This document shows, piece after piece, positions 29,596-38,355 of a stretch of DNA of 64,000 nt. The DNA lies in NCBI GenBank assembly GCA_965207735.1, contig OZ242296.1, positions 1,216,001 through 1,280,000 on the forward strand. Direction: 5' to 3'. This DNA is from Candidatus Versatilivorator sp. Lineage in GTDB: Bacteria > Acidobacteriota > Terriglobia > Versatilivoradales > Versatilivoraceae. The notes below the pieces were generated by a model. The model worked only from the letters and a program-made list of their open reading frames with translations, did no database searches and was not told the DNA's origin. Each line of letters begins with the position of its first letter. The stretch's first letter is position 1. Position numbers and translations under genes: made by a program.

Positions 29596-30282
29596 CTATG
29601 TCACTTCATCCTGGCCGCCGTCGAAGCATCCGGACGACCGATCGATCATTTGCCTTACCATGGCGCCCGGATCCGGCGAGCCGAAAATCTGGGAACCGGC
29701 AACCAGTACCTCCGCACCGCTCCTGACCAGCGCGCACAGGTTGTCGAGGCTTACGCCCCCGTCGACTTCTATTTTAACGGATAGTCCCCGACGATCAATC
29801 ATCTTTCGCAGGCCCTCGATCTTCTGCAGGGAATAGGGGATGAACTTCTGGGCTCCGAAGCCGGGGTTGACCGACATGATCAGCACGAAATCCACCAGGG
29901 ACAAGACGTTTTCCAGGACGGACAGGGAGGTGGCCGGGTTCAGAACCACTCCGGTCGACAATCCGCGGGAGCGGATCCGGTTCAAGGTCCGGTCCAGGTG
30001 AGCACTGGCTTCGGCATGAACCGAGATCCAGTCGGCGCCCGCATCGGCAAAAGCCTCGATATAGGCGTCCGGGTTATCGATCATCAGATGCACATCCAGG
30101 GGAAGCCGGGTAATCTTGCGAATGGACGCCACTACGGGAGGACCCAGGGTGATGTTGGGCACAAAGTGACCGTCCATGACGTCCAGGTGGAGCAGATGGG
30201 CGCCGGCATCTTCCACGGTTCGAATCTGCTCTCCCAGAGCGGCAAAATCCGCGGCCAGGATGGAAGGGGCGATTTGAATCAT
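29596..30282 (-). CDS. rpe: Ribulose-phosphate 3-epimerase
   Basis: IAPSIL, HLDVMDGHFVPN, MSVNPGFG and VDGG motifs. Confidence 0.97.
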   Translation of the reverse strand: MIQIAPSILAADFAALGEQIRTVEDAGAHLLHLDVMDGHFVPNITLGPPVVASIRKITRLPLDVHLMIDNPDAYIEAFADAGADWISVHAEASAHLDRTLNRIRSRGLSTGVVLNPATSLSVLENVLSLVDFVLIMSVNPGFGAQKFIPYSLQKIEGLRKMIDRRGLSVKIEVDGGVSLDNLCALVRSGAEVLVAGSQIFGSPDPGAMVRQMIDRSSGCFDGGQDEVT

Positions 30283-30286
30283 AAGG

Positions 30287-31042
30287 TTACCGGGCCACCT
30301 CGAAATCGACCGAGGATGCTTCCAGAATGATGTCGCCGGCTGCAGGAGTGTGTTCCAACACGGTCCCCCGGGCCACGCCCGGGAAGCTTTGGTATTGGAC
30401 CTCTCCCAGCTCGATGTCCCGCAATGCCAGGCTTCTGGAGACCTCCTCCAGACGCTTTCCCACCAGGTCCGGCATCAGGTAAGCCACCCTGTCTCGGCCG
30501 GCCGAGACCAGCATGTTGACGGTGGGCGATCGCGTCTCCTGCTTCCCGGGCAAAGGAAACTGGGACATCACCAAGTCCCTTTCAGTACTGTCGGAACTGA
30601 TGGTCGAGGTGAAACCGGGCGTGAGTCCCCTCTGCAGGAGTTGATAGCGGACGGCCCTCAGCGTCTTGCCGCGCAAGTCAGGCACCTGGATGCGCCGAGG
30701 ACCCAGGCTGACCAGCACCTTGACGTTGCCGCGGCTCTTGAGCCGGCTCCCCTCCGCCGGACTCTGCGCAATGATCCTGCCAGGAGGGACATGGTCGTCG
30801 AAGCGGTCTCCTCTCACTTTGAGGACCAGCTGTACGCCGGAAATCTGTCGACTTGCCTCTTCCAGGGAGCGACCCACCACGGCCGGAACCGTGACTTCAC
30901 TGCCTCGAATGGCCAGACGCATGGCTGTCAGGCAACTCACCAAGGCAGCGCTGATGAGGACGCCGGCCAGGAAAAGCACCCGCAGAAAACCAGCCGGCTT
31001 GCCACGAACCCTGCGATTCGGCTGACGATCACGGTCACACAC
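30287..31042 (-). CDS. PASTA domain protein
   Basis: TM followed by three PASTA-like repeats (VPAVVG, VPDLRG, MPDLVG). Confidence 0.88.
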   Translation of the reverse strand: MCDRDRQPNRRVRGKPAGFLRVLFLAGVLISAALVSCLTAMRLAIRGSEVTVPAVVGRSLEEASRQISGVQLVLKVRGDRFDDHVPPGRIIAQSPAEGSRLKSRGNVKVLVSLGPRRIQVPDLRGKTLRAVRYQLLQRGLTPGFTSTISSDSTERDLVMSQFPLPGKQETRSPTVNMLVSAGRDRVAYLMPDLVGKRLEEVSRSLALRDIELGEVQYQSFPGVARGTVLEHTPAAGDIILEASSVDFEVAR

Positions 31043-31112
31043 GGCGAAAATTTATCACAGCCACGGAAGGGCCGCCAAGGCTTCCCTGCCGAGGCGCTGA
31101 AATTCACTCACA

Positions 31113-32145
31113 GGGCGCCACGTTGGCCCCCCTCCGGCTCGACCGCGGGCTGCGCCGTTGTCATGAGCGTTAGCTCAGTCTGCCGCCGCCCCCCTCCGGA
31201 TCGACGGCGGGCTGTCACTTACGGGACACCGAGTCTGCCCCCCTCCGGATCGACGGCGGGCTGCGCCCTTGTCTCTCCGACTCCCCCTCAAGGGGGGAGT
31301 GATACTCGAGGCTTGCATGGGGCGCCTTGCCCGATTCCCGGGCGGGATGTAAACCATGTTCCCGGTCCAATGTGTCAACGCCGGTCCCGGTTAGTGCCCG
31401 GTATCACTCCCCCCTTGAGGGGGAGTCGCAGAAGTCGAGCCGTATGGCGAAGGCTGATGCGGTGGGGGGCAGACGCCAGCGCAGCTTTGGGGCGACGCGT
31501 GCCGTTGAAGCAGGTCCGTCTCGCTTCGTGGCTCCGCGAACGCTGCCGATCGGCTCTTACGGGACGCCGTGTCTGCCCCCCTCCGGATCGACGGCGGGCT
31601 GCGCCCTTGTCTCTCCGACTCCCCCTCAAGGGGGGAGTGATACTTGAGGCTTGCATGGGGCGTCTTGCCCATTTCCCGGGCGGGATGTAAACCATGTTCC
31701 CGGTCCAATGTGTCAACGCCGGTCCCGGTTAGTGCCCGGTATCACTCCCCCCTTGAGGGGGAGTCGCAGAAGTCGAGCCGTATGGCGAAGGCTGATGCGG
31801 TGGGGGGCAGACGCCAGCGCAGCTTTGGGGCGACGCGTGCCGTTGAAGCAGGTCCGTCTCGCTTCGTGGCTCCGCGAACGCTGCCGATCGGCTCTTACGG
31901 GACGCCGTGTCTGCCCCCCTCCGGCTCGACGGCGGGCTGCGCCCTTGTCTCTCCGACTCCCCCTCAAGGGGGGAGTGATACTTGAGGCTTGCATGGGGCG
32001 TCTTGCCCGTTTCCCGGGCGGGTGTAAACCATGTTCCCGGTCTAAAGTGTAAACGCCGTTCTCGGTTAGTGCCCGGTATCACTCCCCCCTTGAGGGGGAG
32101 TCGCAGAAGTCGAGCCGTATGGCGAAGGCTGATGCGGTGGGGGGC
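31113..32145. repeat. Tandem BIME-like array, family B (338-bp period)
   Basis: Units start at 31233, 31571 and 31909 (last one partial). Each has an inverted pair of ACTCCCCCTCAAGGGGGGAGT palindromes. Confidence 0.95.
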
Positions 32146-32348
32146 GGTCGCCGGGCTTTCAGGCGGCGTCGTGCGGCCACGCCAAGTCCCTTCAGCGCTG
32201 TCTTGATCCGCTGTCATTTCTTGTGCGACACGACTTCACAAATTTTCTGGCAAAAATCAGGGCAAGCTGCGATTCTTTCTCGAAGCCTTTAGCAGGCCGG
32301 CATCTCGCGGTCGCTACCGGCCGCTTGTCGTTCAGGAGAAAATCTCAG

Positions 32349-33350
32349 GTGGGAAAGAAAAACGGCTTCATGGTCGGGGTTGACCTTGGAGGGACCAGCA
32401 TGATGGCGGCGGCGCTGGACAGCCGCGGCCATGTGCTTGCCTCCAGGAAGCGGTCCACTCGTCCCGGTCTGGGCCCCGAGGGCGTCACCCGTAGAATCGC
32501 CGGGGCGGTCCGCAAGCTCCTGAAGGAGCTGGGAAAGAAATCGAAACGGGTTCAGGGTGTCGGGATCGGAGCTCCGGGAACCGTGGATCCTGAGACGGGA
32601 GTGGTGCTCTACGCCCCAAACCTGGAGTGGCAGGACCATCCCCTGGCAAAAAGGCTCAGCCAACTCCTCGGACTGCCGGTGACCCTGGACAACGACGTCA
32701 ATGGAGGCGCTGTCGGCGAACACGCACTCGGTTCCGGGCAAGGGGCCAGGAACCTGGTGGCGATTTTCGTCGGAACCGGCATTGGCGGCGGGGTCATTCT
32801 GGAAAACCGGCTCTACCACGGAAGCTGCGGTGGGGCCGGAGAGGTGGGTCACATCAAGATCATGGCCAACGGGCCCCTTTGCGGGTGCGGGCGCAAGGGC
32901 TGCGCCGAAGGGCTGGCCAGCCGCACGGCCATGGAGCGCGACATGCGTCGCGCCGTGGATTCGGGGCGAACCAGCCTGGTTCCGGCCATCATGGCCGGAA
33001 TGGGCCGGGAGCGCATGACCAGCCGGGTGATTGAAGAGGCGCTTCAGGCCGGAGATCCCCTCATGGAAGAAATTCTGGATCGGGCCCAGAACTGCCTGGG
33101 GCTGTTGGTGGCCAGCCTGGTCAACCTGCTGGATCCCGACTGCGTGGTCATTGGCGGAGGCATTGCGGATCGGTTGAAGGACCGGTTCCTGGAGCCGATT
33201 CGGGCAACGGCCGACCGGCACATTCTCAGGGCGCCACACCTGGAACCGGTCAGGATCCTGCCCTCCCGACTGGCCGGCCACGCGGGCGCGGTCGGCGCAG
33301 CCGTGCTTGCCTGGAATCGGCTGGCAGGCATCAATCCGGCCGATTCCTGA
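32349..33350 (+). CDS. ROK family sugar kinase (glucokinase-like)
   Basis: GVDLGGT, DNDVN, GTGIGGG and GEVGH...CGCG...GCAE motifs. Confidence 0.93.
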   Translation: MGKKNGFMVGVDLGGTSMMAAALDSRGHVLASRKRSTRPGLGPEGVTRRIAGAVRKLLKELGKKSKRVQGVGIGAPGTVDPETGVVLYAPNLEWQDHPLAKRLSQLLGLPVTLDNDVNGGAVGEHALGSGQGARNLVAIFVGTGIGGGVILENRLYHGSCGGAGEVGHIKIMANGPLCGCGRKGCAEGLASRTAMERDMRRAVDSGRTSLVPAIMAGMGRERMTSRVIEEALQAGDPLMEEILDRAQNCLGLLVASLVNLLDPDCVVIGGGIADRLKDRFLEPIRATADRHILRAPHLEPVRILPSRLAGHAGAVGAAVLAWNRLAGINPADS

Positions 33351-33454
33351 AATCCACGCCGGCTTGGTGGCAAACCGGATTTGGCACCCTAACAGAGCCC
33401 CAACCGCGCATTTTGCTTCGGCAGCCAGCGCGGTTGGCGCTAGAATCTTGGATC

Positions 33455-34150
33455 ATGATTCAGGTTTCAGTCGCCGCGCCTTGCAACGGCTCCGGAAAAA
33501 CATCGCTCCTGCTGGCCATTCTCAGGGCTTTCCCGGGAGTTTTTTCAACCGCCAAGTTCACCACCATCTATCGGGACGAACAGTTTTGTCCCGTAGGAAA
33601 CAGCGGCTGCCCCTGCCATCGCCTGGAGGGAAATTTTCTGCTCTGCGAGGACCCCATTGTCCTGGCCCAACCGGATACGGACACGGGCAAGCTTGTGGAG
33701 GCCGGCACCAGAGAGTCCTTGTGGGGTGTGGCCCGCCCCGAAGGATACCCGGCACTGGTCGATCTGCTTCGCAGAGACCGATTTCGGGAGAGCACGCGGC
33801 TGTTGACCGAGGGAAACACCGTCTTGGGCCACATGACGCCCGATTTCCTGCTCTTCGTCGTCAACCCCTGCCTTCCCCGGAATTGGTGGAAAGGCGACTC
33901 GGAACGGCTTATGGAAGCCGCCGACCTGGTGGTGGTCAACCCATTCCTTCCGGAAGCTGACCGGAACGGCGCTGCCGACGACCCTTCGGTCGAGCAGACT
34001 CTGACCCACCATGCCGAAAAATGCATCCGTTGCCAGGCCGGGTTGGGACTGGACCACTGGAACGACCGGCGTCCCTTCGATGCCATTCAGGCGCTGCTGG
34101 CAGGCGCGGTGGGGCCATCCGGTCTCAGGCCGACGGCGCGCGGCTTTTGA
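33455..34150 (+). CDS. Hypothetical P-loop protein (MobB-like) with a Cys/His cluster
   Basis: GSGKTS near the N-terminus; CPVGNSGCPCH; DTDTGKL; EGN. Confidence 0.65.
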   Translation: MIQVSVAAPCNGSGKTSLLLAILRAFPGVFSTAKFTTIYRDEQFCPVGNSGCPCHRLEGNFLLCEDPIVLAQPDTDTGKLVEAGTRESLWGVARPEGYPALVDLLRRDRFRESTRLLTEGNTVLGHMTPDFLLFVVNPCLPRNWWKGDSERLMEAADLVVVNPFLPEADRNGAADDPSVEQTLTHHAEKCIRCQAGLGLDHWNDRRPFDAIQALLAGAVGPSGLRPTARGF

Positions 34151-34176
34151 GCCGACCTCATTGCTTCCCCTCTACA

Positions 34177-36441
34177 ATGGACGATCCCACAGTGGCGGCT
34201 TTGCTTGAAGACAAGGCGGCTCCCAAACACCTCGCCTTTCGGCGAGCCACGGCGATACTGCTGTTCCTGTTGCTGATCCCTGCCGGTTGGGGTTCAAGGG
34301 TCCTGGCCCAGGGGTCGGACGAGGTCCGTTTCGAGCAGCTCTGCCGCAATTTCGTGGATGGGGACTCCCCCTCCGCCAGGCTGGAGCTGCTGGAGTTCAG
34401 CCAGAGTAGCCCGCAGAGTCCCCTGGCCGCCCTCGGGTACTACCTGCTGGGCCACAAGGACCTCCAGGAGGAGCGTCTCGAATCGGCACTGGATGCGCTG
34501 GAACTGGCCCTGGTCGGAGCCGACCAGGTCCCCATCCCGGACTTCATCCTCTTTCACCACGCCGAGGTCCTGCACAAGCTCAATCGGCCTGCACGCGCCA
34601 TCGAGGAGTGGCTCACCTACCTGAGGCGGTTTCCGCGAGGCCATCATGCCAGGCGGGCCATCGGTTTGCTTTGGGAAGACGCTCTGCTGGCGGGAAACCC
34701 CCAACTCGTTTTTGAATCTCAACAGGATTGGCCCCATCTCTCCAGGTCGGCCGAGGCTCTTTACTACGCCGCGGCCGCTCACGAGTCGATGGGGGAGACC
34801 CGGCGATCCATCGACGGCTACCTCCGCCTGCACTACCGGTCCCCCTTGAGCGCGGTGAGTTCGAAGGCTCTGGAGGCCATCACTCGGCTGCAGCTCGACC
34901 ATCCCGGGGAGTCCTTCGATGTCCCGCCGGCCTGGAAGAGAGACCGGGCCGAAAAACTCTTCAAGGGGAAACGGTACCGCCAGGCCGTGGAGGCGTTGAG
35001 CGCCGCCCTGGAAACGACCGAGTCGGCCGCCGAAAGAGCCAAGTACCAGTTGTGGCGGGCCATTTCCGAATTTCACTCCCGAAACCAACGGGAATCTCTC
35101 TGGACCTTGCAGGCCCTGCCCCCGAAATTGGCGCTGCAGCCTCAGGCCTTGTTCTACCGGGCCGAGAACTACCGCAGACTCGACGACGACGATTCCTTCC
35201 GGGAGACCGTTCAGCAGATTCAGCAGCGTTACCCCAGGTCCTCATGGCTGGAGCGAGCCTGGTTCAGCCTGGCCAATTCCCGATTGGTCAAACGCGAGCT
35301 GGACGAGGCCAACCGCTTCTACCTCAAGATGTCCGACCGTTTCTCCAGCGGACCACGGGTCACTCGCGCCCATTGGCGGGTGGCCTGGTACCATTACAGG
35401 CAGCGCGACCGGCGCCAAGCCCTCGCGCTGTTTGCCGAACACCTCCAGCGGTTTCCGCGCTCGCCCCACCGGCCGGCTGCCATCTACTGGACCGCTCGCA
35501 TCCGGGAAGAATCGGGCGATCCCGGGCAGGCCAGGCCCCTGTACCGGGCGATCACCGAGCTTTTCAGCAACCACTACTACGCTCATCGGTCCAGGGAACG
35601 CCTGGCGGAAAACCAGCCGACCAGAGCGGACGAAGCGGTGTTGGATCCAACGCTTTCCCATATACTGGGCCGCTTCAAGCGCCGCACCGCCTCCCGTTTC
35701 TCCTCGAAGGCCGCCCAGGTTCCCGATTTGCCTGAGCGGCTATCCGCCCGAGTCAGGACGCTCGCCTTGATCCAGTTGTTCGAGGCGGCCGCCGGAGAGC
35801 TCCTCCGAACCAGCCCAAACACAAGAGGCACGCGGCTTCAGGCAGCCATCCTCCTCCACCGGGGCGGCCGCTACCGCGCCTCCACCTCTCACCTGCAGCA
35901 GCTCTTCCCGGGCTTTGTCTACCGGTCCTTCGCCACGCTCCCCCGGAACATCTGGCGGATGCTCCTCCCCATCGAACACGCCCCGCTCTTTGCCCGGGAA
36001 GCTCGAAGACACGGGCTCGATCCCTACCTGCTGGTGGCGCTGGTCCGCCAGGAATCGGCCTTCGATCCCCGGGCCGAGTCGGTGGCGCAGGCCCGGGGAT
36101 TGATGCAACTCATCCCCCCGACGGCCAGACGGGTGGCGCGCCAACTCAGCCTGGACCGCTTCTCGCTCGACCAACTCTTCCTTCCCCGGCTGAACATCCG
36201 CCTGGGAAGCCGGTACCTGGCCGATCGCCTGGCACAGTTCAACGGCGACGTCGACCGGGCCGTGGCCAGCTACAATGCCGGGCCCGACCCTGTCAACCTG
36301 TGGCTCAGTGAGGGCAACTATCGGGAAGCCGCCGAGTTCGTGGAGAATATTCCTTTTACCGAGACCAGGAACTACGTCAAGATCCTCCACCGCAACTTGC
36401 AGTTGTATAAGCGGCTTTACGGGGAGGAATTCCCGGAATAG
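34177..36441 (+). CDS. TPR-containing soluble lytic transglycosylase
   Basis: RQESAF, GLMQL, ASYNAGP and ETRNYV motifs; TPR N-terminus. Confidence 0.93.
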   Translation: MDDPTVAALLEDKAAPKHLAFRRATAILLFLLLIPAGWGSRVLAQGSDEVRFEQLCRNFVDGDSPSARLELLEFSQSSPQSPLAALGYYLLGHKDLQEERLESALDALELALVGADQVPIPDFILFHHAEVLHKLNRPARAIEEWLTYLRRFPRGHHARRAIGLLWEDALLAGNPQLVFESQQDWPHLSRSAEALYYAAAAHESMGETRRSIDGYLRLHYRSPLSAVSSKALEAITRLQLDHPGESFDVPPAWKRDRAEKLFKGKRYRQAVEALSAALETTESAAERAKYQLWRAISEFHSRNQRESLWTLQALPPKLALQPQALFYRAENYRRLDDDDSFRETVQQIQQRYPRSSWLERAWFSLANSRLVKRELDEANRFYLKMSDRFSSGPRVTRAHWRVAWYHYRQRDRRQALALFAEHLQRFPRSPHRPAAIYWTARIREESGDPGQARPLYRAITELFSNHYYAHRSRERLAENQPTRADEAVLDPTLSHILGRFKRRTASRFSSKAAQVPDLPERLSARVRTLALIQLFEAAAGELLRTSPNTRGTRLQAAILLHRGGRYRASTSHLQQLFPGFVYRSFATLPRNIWRMLLPIEHAPLFAREARRHGLDPYLLVALVRQESAFDPRAESVAQARGLMQLIPPTARRVARQLSLDRFSLDQLFLPRLNIRLGSRYLADRLAQFNGDVDRAVASYNAGPDPVNLWLSEGNYREAAEFVENIPFTETRNYVKILHRNLQLYKRLYGEEFPE

Positions 36442-36476
36442 ACCCGGGCTGTTTGAGATTCATCTCCAGGAAGAAT

Positions 36477-36568
36477 TGCTGTCGCCGCCTACGCGGCTCG
36501 GTGGGGTGACAAAACGCTTTCCCATGGGCTTACGCCCACGGCTAACTGCTGCCGCCGCTTCGCGGCTC
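36477..36568. repeat. REP-like element, family C, between convergent genes
   Basis: TGCTGYCGCCGCYTWCGCGGCTC twice, flanking CCCATGGGCTTACGCCCACGG; matches 20679-20726. Confidence 0.85.
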
Positions 36569-36602
36569 GACTTCGGTCCAAACCGGGAACATCCCTTGCC
36601 CA

Positions 36603-38321
36603 TCAGGCGGTGGGCGTTCGGGAGATCTCTTCCAACCCCAGCTCCCGGATCGCGACCTCCCGGATCTTGTATTTCTGGATTTTTCCCGTGACGGTCATGG
36701 GGTAGCCGTCCACGAACTTGATGTACCGCGGAATCTTGAACTTTGCGATCCGGCCCCGGCAGAAGTCCTTGATGTCCCGGTCAGTGGCCGCCCCCGGCTC
36801 CTTCAACTGAATCCAGGCCAGGATCTCTTCACCCAGCCTGGCATCGGGAACGCCTACCACCTGGACGTCGCTCACTGCCGGATGGGTGTAGAGAAACTCC
36901 TCGATCTCACGGGGATAGACGTTCTCACCGCCGCGGATAATCATGTCCTTCACTCTTCCGGTGATTCTGCAATAGTCCTCTTCGTCCAGAGTTGCCAGAT
37001 CCCCGGTGTGCAGCCAGCCTTCGGAGTCGATGGCTTGCCGGGTTGCCCTCGGATTCCTGTAGTAGCCGCTCATCACCAGGTAGCCGCGAGTGCAAAGCTC
37101 CCCCGGAGTTCCCCGGGGAACCACTTCGCCTGAACCGGGATCGACGATCCTGACTTCGGTATGGGGCAAGGGCCTCCCCACCGTCGTGACTCGGGTTCGG
37201 ACGGGGTCGCTCACCCCGGTCTGGGTGATGACCGGGGAGCTCTCGGTGAGTCCATAGGCGATGGTCATCTCCCGACAATGCATTTTCTCGACCACCTGTT
37301 TCATCACCTCGATGGGACAGGGAGAGCCGGCCATGATTCCGGTCCGCAAGGAGCCCAGATCGACCCGGGAGAATTCGGGGTGCTCCAGTTCCCGAATGAA
37401 CATGGTCGGCACGCCGTAGACAGCCGTGCATCGCTCTTGCTCGACCGCCTTCAGCGTGGTCCAGGGATCGAAGGCCTCGTCGGGAATGACCATGGCGGCT
37501 CCATGAACGGCGCAGGCCATGTTTCCCAGCACCATGCCGAAGCAGTGGTAGAAGGGCACCGGAATGCAGACACTATCCCGGCAGGTGAGCTCCATCCGTT
37601 GACCCACCAGGTAGGCGTTGTTGACGATGTTGTGGTGGGTAAGCACGGCCCCCTTGGGATAACCCGTGGTTCCGGAGGTGTACTGGATGTTTATGGAATC
37701 GTCAGCCCTCAGGGAGGCATCCGTTTCGTCCGCCACCCCCGCGGTTTCGGCAGCCTGACCGCCGGAAACCATTGCATCCCAAGTCCCCATGCCCGTCAGG
37801 GGCTGCCCCTCTCCGGCCAGAACCAGGTTTCTGAGGTGAGGGAGACTGTCAGACCGCCAGTCGTTCGGGCCCGCGCCAGCCGCTTCGGGACAGACTTCGG
37901 CAATCATCTCCAGGTAGTTCGACGACCTGAAGCCGCTAATGGTGATGAGCGTCTGGGTCTCCGACTGTTCCAGGGCGTAGTGAAGCTCGCGCGACCCGTA
38001 ACCGGGGTTGATGTTGACCATGATGGCGCCGATGCGCGCCGTGGCGAACTGGGTCAGGACCCATTGGGAGCGATTGGTCGCCCAGATGGCGACCCGGTGC
38101 CCCTTCCCGACTCCCATGGCCGCCAGCCCACGGGCGACCTCATCGACCCGTTCCAGGAACTCCTTCCACCGCAAGCGGACGCCCTCGGAAACCACCACCA
38201 GGGCTTCCCGCTCGGGATACCTGGCTGCAGTCCTCTCCAGAACCGCTCCAATGGTCGACTCGAGCAAGGGAGCGTCGCGAGGTCCGCGAGCGTAGCTCAG
38301 ACTCTGTTTGGCGGTATTCAT
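36603..38321 (-). CDS. AMP-binding acyl-CoA synthetase
   Basis: YTSGTTGYPKG, YGLTESSP, WLHTGD and TGKIQK motifs. Confidence 0.95.
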   Translation of the reverse strand: MNTAKQSLSYARGPRDAPLLESTIGAVLERTAARYPEREALVVVSEGVRLRWKEFLERVDEVARGLAAMGVGKGHRVAIWATNRSQWVLTQFATARIGAIMVNINPGYGSRELHYALEQSETQTLITISGFRSSNYLEMIAEVCPEAAGAGPNDWRSDSLPHLRNLVLAGEGQPLTGMGTWDAMVSGGQAAETAGVADETDASLRADDSINIQYTSGTTGYPKGAVLTHHNIVNNAYLVGQRMELTCRDSVCIPVPFYHCFGMVLGNMACAVHGAAMVIPDEAFDPWTTLKAVEQERCTAVYGVPTMFIRELEHPEFSRVDLGSLRTGIMAGSPCPIEVMKQVVEKMHCREMTIAYGLTESSPVITQTGVSDPVRTRVTTVGRPLPHTEVRIVDPGSGEVVPRGTPGELCTRGYLVMSGYYRNPRATRQAIDSEGWLHTGDLATLDEEDYCRITGRVKDMIIRGGENVYPREIEEFLYTHPAVSDVQVVGVPDARLGEEILAWIQLKEPGAATDRDIKDFCRGRIAKFKIPRYIKFVDGYPMTVTGKIQKYKIREVAIRELGLEEISRTPTA

Positions 38322-38355
38322 GCTCTTGCCCTCGGAGCGAAAATGTTGCCGGCCA

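Noticed and set aside
30350-32217. ORFs with repeated peptides (ITPPLRGSRR, TPPQGGSD)
   Set aside because: Translations of the family B DNA repeats in several frames.
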